From the NCBI GenBank assembly GCA_020184695.1, contig JAANOX010000200.1, positions 23,557 to 87,556 of the forward strand: a stretch of 64,000 bases of DNA, in the 5' to 3' direction. Source of the stretch: Histomonas meleagridis 2922-C6/04-290x (Eukaryota > Protista > Parabasalia). This document shows, piece after piece, positions 1 to 11,056 of this stretch. The translations under genes were made by a program, and so were the position numbers. Under the pieces are notes generated by a model that did no database searches, had not been told where the DNA came from, and saw nothing but the letters and a program-made list of their open reading frames with translations. Position 1 is the stretch's first letter; each line of letters opens with the position of its first letter.

Positions 1-2074
1 CAATCCCTTTTTGTTTGAGTAATAATTTTACAATTTCTGCGTCTCCACTTGAACTTGCAATTGTAAGTATTGTATTAAATATATCAAATAATTTAAAAAT
101 TTGGTTTTAAAATATTAAAACTTTGAAATAATTTCTAAATATAATTATTAATTATTTTTATGATTGAGATTAATATCTTTTCGTTCAAGAAGTAATTTAA
201 CGATTTCAATATTATGTCTGATATATGCAATCATAAGTGCAGAATTAAATATATCAAATAATTTCCGAATTTGATTGTAAAATATTAAATTATGATGCAT
301 ATAAATATCTTGTGCATTAACATCAATGTCTTCTTGTTCAAGAAGTATTTTAACAATTTCTATATTATTATTTTTAGATGCAAATATAAGTGCTGTACAA
401 AATAATTAAAATAAATATCAAATATTGTTTAGAAATAAAAAATTATAAAAATAAATTCTAAATAAATCAAATAAAAATTTTTAATATTAACATCAATACC
501 TTTTTGTTCTAGAAGTATTTTGACTATTTCGATATTACCTTTTTTAGATGCAAATATAAGTGCTGTGCGAAATAATTAAAATACTTCCCAAATATTATTT
601 TGAAATCTTAAATTTATAAAATATATATGAAATATTATAATTAAATGTCTTTATAATTAATATCAACTCCTTCTTGATTAAGAAGTATTTTAAATATTTC
701 TATATGACCATTTTTAGCTGCAGAAAGAAATGCTGTTTGAAATAATTGAAATAATTTCCAAAAATTATATGGAAATTATAAATCACTATAATAAAATATA
801 AAGAAAACAGATAAATATCTTTGGCATTGATATCAATCCCTTCTTCTCCATAAAGTAATTGAAATATTTCTTGATATCCATGTTCACATGCTTTCATAAG
901 TGCTGTTTTAAATGAGATAAAAATTATCCAAATGATATTTGAAGATATAAAATCATTAAAACAAATATTAAATAAAAAAATATAAATATCTCTCTCATTG
1001 ATATTTATTACTTTTTGTTCTAAAATGTATTTAACAAGTTCATAATTTCCTGACTCTGAAGCAGATACTATAATATTTTTTGGCATTTGATTGGTTTGAA
1101 GAAAATATAGCACTAAATATAAATTACCGGTTCTTGCAGATTCATTAATAATATCATCGTTAATTTTTAATACTTCTTCTTGTAAAAAAATTTCATAATT
1201 GTAATTTAAAATACATTTCTTTCCTATTTCTTCAAATTTATTAATTTCTTTAATTTTGTTTTCATAAAAAATATTTAAAGATATCATTTCGATGGAACTC
1301 AATTGCTGTTTCATATGTATCTTCAAATGATGCATAATTTTGTTCACATAAATGAATTATCTCTAAATTTCCACCTGCAACTGCATATTTACCTGCATTA
1401 AATGCATTTGCTCCATTCATAAGTAAATATTTAAAACATTTAATAGAGCCAAAATATGCTGCATAATCAATTAATGTAACATTTTTATGATTAATAAATG
1501 AATATCTTTCATAAAGTGATGGCTCAATAATTTTATTAAAATCAAAATTTGTTTGTGATGATATTTCTTGAAGTTTTTCGATTTCATCATTACGAATGAT
1601 TTTTGCTATTTCATTCGGATTATGTCCTTCTTTAACATATTGTTTATGGAGTTCAAAATCATTTTTTGATAGTTTTTCAAAATTTTTAATAAAAGCATTA
1701 TTAAATATATTATATGGATACATTCTTTTATTTTCCTCTTCTGATTTATAGTGTGCAAAATATTTTGTTCGCATATTTTTGATGATGTTTTTATCTATTT
1801 CATTTTCTGTAATCATTTCATTAATAATATAATACGTTTCTTGTGTTTCAATTTTTATGATATATTCAAGAAATTGTTCAATAATGTTTGCATTGTTTGT
1901 ATTGCTTGTATTGTTTATATTGTTTTTTTTGTTTTCTTCTTCCTTGTTTTTAATTGTTTTTAAATATTTAATGTGAATATCAAAAGAATTGTTTTGAGAA
2001 ATAAATGAATTGTGAATTAATTTAATCAAAATTAAATTAAATGTATACAAGTATTTGAAATCATAAAAATTCAT
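1..2074 (-). CDS. DUF3447-type ankyrin-repeat gene A with interrupted ankyrin array; runs off the window start; +1 T frameshift in a T6 run at 1266-1271
   Basis: ORF 1262-2074 has the family motif KIIRNDEIEKLQEISSQTNFDFNKIIEPSLYER..LIDYAAYFGSIKCFKYLL and continues in ORF 700-1347. It is followed by TAL..EIV.LLL.Q.GIDIN.KD modules at 906-817, 736-647, 566-477, 396-307, 243-154 and 73-1. Confidence 0.85.
74..987 (-). repeat. Array A: ankyrin module/spacer array; spacers 907-987 (81 nt), 737-816, 567-646, 397-476 (80 nt each), 244-306 (63 nt), 74-153 (80 nt)
   Basis: Counted by hand from the D/N codon of NAKD to the T/S codon of the next TAL motif. Confidence 0.9.
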
Positions 2075-2618
2075 TGTTTGTTGAATAGATAAATCAAAAT
2101 TTTCTTCACTTAAATTAAATATAATTTTTCGAGTGTAATAAGGAATTCAATGTTAACATCAACATTTTTTGTTTCATTTTTATCAACATTGATATTTAAA
2201 TTGTTGGTATTTTGCTTATTTTCTACTTGCAACATTTTTTGAACTTTAAACAAAAACTTGACGATTGATTGTGATTACTATCGCCATGGAAATTTCAAAG
2301 CTTTGAAACTTTGTTATCAAATTTTCAATGTGGCAAAAAATTCGAAACGGTTATCATAGAAATATTTTTCAAACAAATGTCACTTTTTCTGGGTGCTTTG
2401 TTCTTTGCTTCTGATGGAAATGTTGATTTGTTTATCGTTTATGATAGATTGCTTTTATTTTAATTTTATTCATATAATAAACTCACTACATGAAATGTAA
2501 ATGATAAATCACAATTTAACACATTAAAGAAAAAATCTGAAATTTGATTTTTTATTATTTTAAAAATTCATTAATTTTTCAAAAAGCAAAAAAAAAGATA
2601 TTTCAATCTTTAAATAAG

Positions 2619-2746
2619 TATAATATGTTTATCTTGGTTTATACTGCTCTTATCTGTGATAATACCTTTATCTTCATTTTAATAATATGAAAAAAAAAAA
2701 AAAGACGTTAAGTCACTTCAATTTATTCTTTTTGATGAAAATTAAC
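2619..2746 (+). repeat. Left flank of a segmental duplication, paralogous to 9945-10068
   Basis: Near-identical text: TATAATATGTTTATCTTGGTT..CTGCTCTTATCTGTGATAATAC..GACGTTAAGTCA..GAAAATTAAC. Confidence 0.9.
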
Positions 2747-3081
2747 ATAATATCGTAAGTGGAAAAGGTAGTCCACTTATTCATAACGATCATATTCAAT
2801 TGAGATAGTGGAAATGTCAAAATATTTCAAATAATGAAAAAGGGAAGCAAAAATATCGATTAATAATATTTGGTCCTTATTCAACAAATTCAGCAATTCC
2901 TCCTCAAGGAGGTACCCAAAATACAAGAAATAATTTCAATAAAAATTTGATGGCTTTTTTATGAATTACTCGAAGTTTATTTTGATTATAAGACAACTTT
3001 TATAATGAAATAAACGCAGCTCCAAAAGTAATAAAGAATTCGATAGAAAAATTGAATGTTTTATAACCATTATCAAATGAA

Positions 3082-4150
3082 ATGGTGAATAAAATAATTG
3101 CAAGTTATTTTAAAAACTTCAATATCGATCATACATTCTTCTTGTTTTGTAAAGAGGCAAATATGGATGAAAATGAAATTCAAGAAGAGCAGCTTGTTGA
3201 ATGTCTTTAGAATTCATTATTGTTCATGAAAAATGAAAAAGACATCAATGTACATAAAGATGTATTAGACGACTTTGGTAATCATTATGAACTCCATTTA
3301 AAAGAGGATATTATCAGATTGAAAGCTTTAATGGAGGTATATATTTTCCCCCGTGAAGACATCTGTGCCAGATTCAAATGTTCTAATTCTAAAAGTTTTT
3401 CAGAAATTTGGGATCAAATATCCAAAATTTAATAAAGGAACAAAATCAAAATATGTTCATATGAAAATGATTGACACTATTCTGAATTATACCAGAAAAT
3501 TCCAGGTTGGCTATCAATAGATGACTGATGATCTTTCAAGAAAGGGTTCCACAGTTACGGAAAATTAAGTCACCAATATTAAAAACTGAAACACTTTATT
3601 CTTTTGAGAAGAAATATAAACCAGATAATGTTCATGATCTAAGGTTTGTTGCCCCATTTGTAAATCAAATTTGGCATACAAATCTGCATTATTTTAAGAG
3701 AAAGGAAGGTGAGGATCAGAGATATTTGATAAGTTTTATCGATGATAGATCTCGAAAAATATTATATTTTGAGGTTCTGGATGATAAAACTGATGAAAGC
3801 GCTTTTACTGTCATTAAAAAGTTATTGATTTGGTAATTGCAGACACAAATCATGTACCTCACATCATAGTCACTGATAATGGGTATGAATTCGTAAATGA
3901 TGCATCTGTCTCTGTTATTAATCAATATCAAGTTAAACAATTTCGGATCCATTCCTATACTTTTGAAGAAAATGCAAAGATCGAACGTTTCTGGAGAACT
4001 TATGAGCAAGCCAAGACCGATAACTCAACAATCGGTGAAATTGCGGATGAGTATAATATGTATTGGCTTCACAAAGATCTTTACATGATGAACAGAAAGA
4101 AAATGACTCCACACAAAGCTTGGAAAATGATGCCAAAGTATGATGGTTGA
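3082..4150 (+). pseudogene. rve-type integrase core pseudogene with stops and frameshifts
   Basis: NQIWHTNLHYF..YLISFIDDRSRKI, IIVTDNGYEF, ENAKIERFWRT. The first catalytic D appears as N; frameshift near 3830; in-frame TAG at 3208-3210. Confidence 0.85.
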
Positions 4151-4251
4151 CAAAGTGATAATAACCTTCGACTAATTTATATCTAAAAATTAATTTGGCA
4201 TTAATTTATTTTAATTGATGAATTTTTATAAATAATTGCATGTCTCAAACG

Positions 4252-4344
4252 TTTCACTATCGTACGGCTGTTAACGATCAAATGTCACTCAAAAACACCG
4301 CTTTTGAATGGCATTTGATCGTTAACTGCCGTACGATAGTGAAA
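4252..4344. repeat. Long inverted repeat: 43-bp arms (4252-4294 and 4302-4344), 3 mismatches, 7-nt loop ACACCGC
   Basis: TTTCACTATCGTACGGCTGTTAACGATCAAATGTCACTCAAAA versus the reverse complement of the right arm, TTTCACTATCGTACGGCAGTTAACGATCAAATGCCATTCAAAA. Confidence 0.95.
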
Positions 4345-4549
4345 GTGAATTAACGGCCACTAAATATTCTGACATAGTCCACTTTTTGATATGAATATGA
4401 TCGTTACAAATATTTTGTCTTCGTCCACTTTTTCGGTGTCTTTTAATCGTATATTATTTTGCCATATTCACTTTTTGAGTGGCTTCGAACGTCAAAAGTG
4501 AAGTGATGATTACTCAAATTGAGTATATTCTGTGTTTTACTTGTTTGTC

Positions 4550-5071
4550 ATGACAAAACATGCCGGCAAAATAAAGAATTTGTCAAAAAATATAAATTTT
4601 GCTTTGAATTTACCAAATACAAGATTTCACTTCATTTTAAAAATGGGAAGAAGATTTCAAAATTATGTAAAACCATCTCAAATAACATTTACAGTTGGTG
4701 ATAAGTGTTACCTCTTGAAAATAGAAAAAGATAATTTCACAAAAGAATCGTTGGATCAATTAGAAGAAATATCGAATTTAATCGAAACAGATCAACCAAT
4801 GAAGAAAAGGAGAAGGGGAAGATCAACAACAAACAAAGTTCCTCAAAATCCTGTTGGAGTTTTTATCAACAAACAAACAAATAACGAAACAAACATATTT
4901 GATTTATCATCAGACAGTGAATTTGGTTTAACACCGAACATTGAAGGAAATATCTTGAATGAAGAGATAGGGAACATTGAGTTTGAAACTTATGAAGAAG
5001 ACCATGACTTCATTTGGTCAAACTTATCGGGGCTTACATTTGAAGAAGAACAAACACTATGGGGCTTTTGA
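4550..5071 (+). CDS. Hypothetical protein with acidic C-terminus; true start may be the later MGRRFQNY ATG
   Basis: Open ORF with a near-identical paralog at 10281-10553. Confidence 0.6.
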   Translation: MTKHAGKIKNLSKNINFALNLPNTRFHFILKMGRRFQNYVKPSQITFTVGDKCYLLKIEKDNFTKESLDQLEEISNLIETDQPMKKRRRGRSTTNKVPQNPVGVFINKQTNNETNIFDLSSDSEFGLTPNIEGNILNEEIGNIEFETYEEDHDFIWSNLSGLTFEEEQTLWGF

Positions 5072-5171
5072 AACATTTCATAACTTATTTTTGATTAAAT
5101 ATTTTGTTCTTTAGCATTTTTTCCTTTACATAAAAGTGACGCACATCAAATCTAGTGATGTTTTAATTAAA

Positions 5172-6329
5172 ATGAGAATTTATGCGCCAAATGTTGAAGA
5201 AAATGATGTTTCAGATATTTCGGATCGATACATTCAAGAAGTCATTCAAATGCGGAGGAATGCTTATCATATAAAACAAATACAAGAAAAAGATATTGAA
5301 TTACAAGCAAAAATCAGTTCTATGAAATCACTTTCAAATTCAGTTAGTGATTCATTAAATATTTTAATAGAACGTATCCAAACATTTTTAGATTTTATTC
5401 AGAATCCGATCGATGACACAACAAAACAAAAAATTTTTCATGAAATTGAAGGAATTGATCAAAAGAATTTAGAATTAAAATATGACATAAAATTTACCAA
5501 ATCAAAAATCAACAAATTAAGACTAAAAATCCAAACACTTAAAGAAAATAACAACAAAATCAAATGTCAAATGTACGAACATCGGAATAACATTGGAAAA
5601 CTCAAAGTTAAAATATTTAACATATCACTTCCATATTCGAAACGTCAGAAGAAGCATGAAATTTTAGAGCAAAGTTACAAAACGTTGTATGAAACTAACA
5701 AAAACTCAAAGGAAAAGAACAATGTCATTCAAGAGTTACTTCGATTTGCAGACGTAACTTATTCGGAATATTTGCCGAAGTTAAATTCGTACAAAAACTC
5801 GATTTTCCTCAAAAAGAATTTATTGATTCGAACAAATCGAAATGTAAATCATTACATTACACAACAAAATAACAACAAAAATGAAAACTTAACAAATCGT
5901 TTGCAATGTTCACAAACGAATAATGAAATCAATGAAATCATTACAAATAATAACGAAATAGAAAAACAAAAACAATTTATTGAAAGTGAATTAATTACAT
6001 TAATGAAAAATAATGAAAAATTAAACAATGAAATTAACATTTGTAAAGAAGAAAGAAGTAAAAACAGAAAACTGAACTACGATTTATATAATAATTTGTC
6101 AGATCTCCAAAAGAAAGAACAAAAAATTATAAAAAGAAAAGAAATTTATATTACAAAAATTAACGAATTAAACAAAGATAGTGAATTACAGCAAAAATTA
6201 TCAAATTTATATGAAAAAATACAAAAAACTGAATCAAAAATACAAAAAATTACAAATGAAATTCAATCAACAAAAAATAATATAAAAAATTGTCAGATCA
6301 AAAATTATTCAAAAATGCTTTTTGATTAA
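5172..6329 (+). CDS. Coiled-coil protein
   Basis: 397-aa ORF track entry starts at GTG 5136; first ATG at 5172; K/N/E/Q-rich heptad character. Confidence 0.7.
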   Translation: MRIYAPNVEENDVSDISDRYIQEVIQMRRNAYHIKQIQEKDIELQAKISSMKSLSNSVSDSLNILIERIQTFLDFIQNPIDDTTKQKIFHEIEGIDQKNLELKYDIKFTKSKINKLRLKIQTLKENNNKIKCQMYEHRNNIGKLKVKIFNISLPYSKRQKKHEILEQSYKTLYETNKNSKEKNNVIQELLRFADVTYSEYLPKLNSYKNSIFLKKNLLIRTNRNVNHYITQQNNNKNENLTNRLQCSQTNNEINEIITNNNEIEKQKQFIESELITLMKNNEKLNNEINICKEERSKNRKLNYDLYNNLSDLQKKEQKIIKRKEIYITKINELNKDSELQQKLSNLYEKIQKTESKIQKITNEIQSTKNNIKNCQIKNYSKMLFD

Positions 6330-6400
6330 ATACGTTTATTTATGATCGTTGTCGCCTCAAAAAGTTTGCAGCGATGTCATTATGATCCAGCATTTTTTCA

Positions 6401-9046
6401 ATGGATATTCAGATGCAGCCAAATGTTGACTACAACATTTTTCTTGGTATTACTTCCACAGATGAAAACATAAGAAATTATTCCCAAAAAGTTATCTTAG
6501 AGTCAATGGATTTGCCCAATTTTGTTGATATAATTTTTAATGGACTTCAAACTATTGATAATTCAAATATCGTATTAAAGCAATCATTATCTGTCGCATT
6601 ACATGAATACATTCGAACGAGATGGAAATTTCTTCCTGAGGAAATTAAGAACAAAGTCTATGATAACATTTTATTAATTTTATTTCAAATACCATATGAA
6701 ATACGAAAAATTTTTATTGATATTATAGAAACAATTTTTGTTACTCAAAGTTCGCATATTGATATTCTATTAAATGTCTGTTTTTCACAACTCAGTTCAA
6801 CGATATTTAATATTGACACATCATTAAACCTATTAAATGAATTTGTATTTTATAATTATATAATACAATCGAAAGTCACAGAAGAAAGGGAATTATTTGC
6901 ACGGAAACTTATACCAATTTTATACATAATATCAAATGAACTTATGAAGAGTCAATTCCAAGACATCTTTTCATCAATAATATCATCGATATCTGAAATT
7001 ATCAAAATCTTTATACAAAAGTTAAATACGATATATGACATGCAAGAGTTATATGAGATAATAATTCATTTATCATTAGCATTAAGACTTCCTAATAAAA
7101 ACATTCAATCATTTACTAAGTTAACTGATTTAATTTGCATGACAATCATTAAATTTAAATCAATACAAACATTACCACAAAACTTAATCATATTTGGAAC
7201 GAATTTCCATCAAAACATTATACCAATCATAACGCAATCGATATTTACTTTATTTAGTAATAATCAAAACGAAACATTTATATACACAAAATTATTTATT
7301 ATTATAAAAACATTAATCCAATGTCATATTAACAAAGAAATATTTCTAAATGAAAACTTCATTCGTAACATTCTAATTCCGTCATGTTATCTAAGTGAAG
7401 AAGACTTAACTTTATTTAATGAAATCCCAGAACAATATATATACTTTAATTATTTAATTGAAGAAAACATCAAAGATATATCACTTCGTATTATCATAAC
7501 TCGAATTATAAAATTTATTATTGATAATAATTATATTGATATCATAAATTTATTATTAAATATATCATTAGAACCATCAAAAGAACCGAAAGAATTCGAA
7601 GCGAAAATATTTATAATTTCAAGTATTACTTCATATTATTCAGAATCATATGAATTATATCAAATGTTAATGAATATAATAATAACAAATCCATCGATTT
7701 ATATCCAAGCTACAACGATATATGCGTTACGAAGTTTTAAGATCGAAAAAGAAAATCGTAACAAACTCAGTATTAATATTCTCTTACAAAGTAATAATGA
7801 TGTCATTAAGTTAATGTCAATTAATTTATTCCAAACAACATTTGATATATTTCATTCTCAATCGATTATACCATATTTAAATGAACTATTAAACACATTA
7901 TTACAATTAATATATACAACAAAAGATTATAAGCCAATAGAATTAATATGTTTATTAATATATCAATATACTGATAAATATATTCCATACTTTGATAAAA
8001 TCATTAATTATATTATCGAGTTATATAAAATGATAACAAATTCGGAAAACTTTGATTTTAATGCTAATAATCAATTATTAAAATGTATTCAAAAGTTTAT
8101 AACTTCAGATTTAATTGATTCGAATCTTTATAATGTTTACATAGAGAAAATCATCAATTTCTGTATTGAAATATTATCAAATGAAAGATGTGAACAATCA
8201 TTTTTAACGACAATCGAAGTCATCGAAAGTATTATGATGAAATATGATGAAATTACAGAACTTAACATAAACATAATGAAATATTTAATTGAATTCATAG
8301 CTCCACAAATTAATGAATCGTTTTATCTAATACCAAATATATACGAAATATTTTCAATTGTCATCGCAAAGAAAAATTTTTTTAATGTAATTAATGACGA
8401 ATTCATTATATCATTAATTAATTTTAGTGAAACAATTTATATAAATATTAATAATACCAAAGTGAAGACTTCGATTTTGTTGTTATATTCATTACTAATA
8501 CAATATGGAAAATGTATAAATTTAATCGAAAAAGGTTTAATATTACTACAACAAAACGAAGACTTTTCAATATTTACGTCCGCGTTCTGTTTAATGTCGT
8601 CCGCGTTACTGACAGCAGCTGACCAAATAATACCAATGATAAATGAAAACGTTTTAGTGAATGTAAACGCAAATTGGAAACACATACAAAACGCTGAAGT
8701 CAATGTAATCAACTTATGCTTCATCGGATTGTGCGTTTTGGCGAAGTATGGAAACAATTTGTCGTTTCTGAACGCGTCGATGATGCTGAAGTTATTAATC
8801 GAGAAAAGAAACGCCGAAACTTTGGAAGAAGTCGACGACGAATATCTGCTCAGCAACATAAACAGTTTCATCGAAAACGAAGAGGAGTACGAATACTTGG
8901 ACCTGCCCGACTTCCACTTCCCGTCGGACGGCGTGGACGTGCTCGAGGTGTACAGAGATGTCGCGTTCGGGAGGAACATGTTCCGGACATTGCCGCTCGA
9001 GCTGCAGCAGGAAGTCAGCGAACTGCTCAGTGAAGGCGCTAATTAA
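6401..9046 (+). CDS. Importin-beta-like ARM/HEAT repeat protein (importin 7/8-like)
   Basis: 881-aa ORF; N-terminus resembles IBN_N (STDENIRNYSQK..LKQSLSVALHEYIRTRW); acidic C-terminal tail. Confidence 0.6.
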   Translation: MDIQMQPNVDYNIFLGITSTDENIRNYSQKVILESMDLPNFVDIIFNGLQTIDNSNIVLKQSLSVALHEYIRTRWKFLPEEIKNKVYDNILLILFQIPYEIRKIFIDIIETIFVTQSSHIDILLNVCFSQLSSTIFNIDTSLNLLNEFVFYNYIIQSKVTEERELFARKLIPILYIISNELMKSQFQDIFSSIISSISEIIKIFIQKLNTIYDMQELYEIIIHLSLALRLPNKNIQSFTKLTDLICMTIIKFKSIQTLPQNLIIFGTNFHQNIIPIITQSIFTLFSNNQNETFIYTKLFIIIKTLIQCHINKEIFLNENFIRNILIPSCYLSEEDLTLFNEIPEQYIYFNYLIEENIKDISLRIIITRIIKFIIDNNYIDIINLLLNISLEPSKEPKEFEAKIFIISSITSYYSESYELYQMLMNIIITNPSIYIQATTIYALRSFKIEKENRNKLSINILLQSNNDVIKLMSINLFQTTFDIFHSQSIIPYLNELLNTLLQLIYTTKDYKPIELICLLIYQYTDKYIPYFDKIINYIIELYKMITNSENFDFNANNQLLKCIQKFITSDLIDSNLYNVYIEKIINFCIEILSNERCEQSFLTTIEVIESIMMKYDEITELNINIMKYLIEFIAPQINESFYLIPNIYEIFSIVIAKKNFFNVINDEFIISLINFSETIYININNTKVKTSILLLYSLLIQYGKCINLIEKGLILLQQNEDFSIFTSAFCLMSSALLTAADQIIPMINENVLVNVNANWKHIQNAEVNVINLCFIGLCVLAKYGNNLSFLNASMMLKLLIEKRNAETLEEVDDEYLLSNINSFIENEEEYEYLDLPDFHFPSDGVDVLEVYRDVAFGRNMFRTLPLELQQEVSELLSEGAN

Positions 9047-9304
9047 TGAAAGCGTTACAAACAATAGAAATCGGACGTTTTGGCGACGATCAATTTCCAC
9101 TCGAAAGAGAACGATGGCACTGTCACTTTTTGACTCAGAAAATGATCGTTTGCAGCGTTATGTTTTTAATAAAACAAATCCCCGAAGTACAACAGTACTT
9201 AAAGTCGTTTTGAATGATTTAAAGATGAAGCGAATGAAGAAAATGATAATTGTATCGAATTTTATATGAAAAATAATTTTTAATAAATTTGAATAATTCT
9301 CTCA

Positions 9305-9800
9305 AATAATGTTTTCATAACTTGTTGCGTTCAATAATTATTTAAAAATTATTTAAAAATACAAAATATTGTTATAATATTGTTAATAAATTTGTATGAT
9401 TATTATATTATAATGTTTTCATATAAATCGTTGCGTTCAATAATTATTTAGAAATAAAAATATTGTTAATAAATTTGTATAACTATTATATTATTATGTT
9501 TCCATATAACTTGTTGTGTTCAACAACTATTTAAAAATAAAAATATTGTTAATAAATTTGTATGATTATTATATTATAATGTTTTCATATAAATCGTTGC
9601 GTTCAATAATTATTTAGAAATAAAAATATTGTTAATAAATTTGTATAACTATTATATTATTATGTTTCCATATAACTTGTTGTGTTCAACAACTATTTAA
9701 AAATAAAAATATTGTTAATAAATTTGTATGATTATTATATTATAATGTTTTCATATAAATTGTTGTGTTCAATGATTATTTAGATATTAGAATATTGTTA
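9305..9800. repeat. 83-bp tandem minisatellite with alternating A/B variants (166-bp higher-order unit)
   Basis: AATATTGTTAAT unit starts at 9376, 9459, 9542, 9625, 9708 and 9791 (83-nt steps); partial unit upstream. Confidence 0.92.
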
Positions 9801-9944
9801 ATTACATATTTATACAGTTTGTATCTGAAATGATCAGAACCGCTGATTTCCCAAACAAAAATACTCAATTCATATGCCGATCAAATTACATAGAAGTATA
9901 TCGTATGAGTAAAGCTCACAATCGAGCAACGAACATAGAATTAA

Positions 9945-10815
9945 TATAATATGTTTATCTTGGTTAGTTCTGCTCTTATCTGTGATAATACATTTATCTT
10001 CATAAAAAATAGAAAAAAAAAAAAGGACGTTAAGTCATTTCAATTTATTCTTTTTGGTGAAAATTAACGTTCAAATATTTGCCAAATATTTTTTTGTTAA
10101 CGTCATCGAAAAAATTGATTATAACCAAAATTGAGTATATTCTGTGATTTACTTGACAAAAATTATTAAAATTTGCTCCACAGACTTGTCACTTTTATTT
10201 GACTTTCAATGGTTTATGCATAGAATAATCATCAGAAACCAAATATTTTTGACACAAATTTCAATACTTTCAGAGAAAATTTGTCGTTTGTCATGACAAA
10301 ACATGCCGGCAAAATAAAGAATTTGTCAAAAAATATAAATTTTGCTTTGAATTTACCAAATACAAGATTTCACTTCATTTTAAAAATGGGAAGAAGATTT
10401 CAAAATTATGTAAAACCATCTCAAATAACATTTACAGTTAATGAAGAGATAGGGAACATTGAGTTTGAAACTTATGAAGAAGACCATGACTTCATTTGGT
10501 CAAACTTATCGGGGCTTACATTTGAAGAAGAACAAACACTATGGGGCTTTTGAAACATTTCATAACTTATTTTTGATTAAATATTTTGTTCTTTAGCATT
10601 TTTTCCTTTACATAAAAGTGACGCACATCTAGCTCGTTCAGAATCCTATCTCTGAAATTAAAAAACAAAAAAATTTTAATGAAATTGATCAAGAGAATTT
10701 AGATTAAAATATGATATAAAATTTACCAAAGCAAATTAAAACGAAAAATTCAAACACTTAAAGAAGGTGATAACAAAATCAAATGTCAAATATATGAGCA
10801 TCGAAATAACATTAG
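9945..10815 (+). pseudogene. Deleted and degenerate duplicate of the 2619-5595 block (copy of the 4550 gene plus a fragment of the 5172 gene)
   Basis: 10281-10553 equals the 4550 ORF minus an in-frame 261-nt segment (4697-4957); 10618-10815 matches broken pieces of 5137-5595. Confidence 0.85.
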
Positions 10816-11056
10816 AGCATTTTGCATTTAAAGTATTTCGAGAGTTTAAGTCTTTTAAATAACTAGCAAGCCACTCTTTTTATAAATTTACTTAATTAAT
10901 TTCTAAATTTCGATCTTTTTCACGAACAATATGTGAATGAACCATTTTCTCAAGGCAATTTTTTAACTCTTTGTGAATCCCACAGCTCAAAATCTGCACA
11001 ATTTTTTAGTTAAAAAACTTAATTTCAACATATTGCTCAAAACAAGTTATCATATT

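Larger units (their letters stand above)
2747..4515 (+). mobile_element. Degenerate rve/DDE-integrase element (IS481/Maverick-integrase-like), about 1.77 kb, absent from the paralogous site
   Basis: Both flanks match 9945-10068 and 10128 onward, where only about 60 nt intervene. Contains an integrase pseudogene, a 43-bp-arm hairpin and TCCACTT subterminal motifs. Confidence 0.7.

Noticed and set aside
8437-9269. Several overlapping ORFs (8437-8979, 8716-9033, 8795-9100, 8958-9269)
   Set aside because: Shadow ORFs caused by the GC-rich 3' end of the importin-like gene
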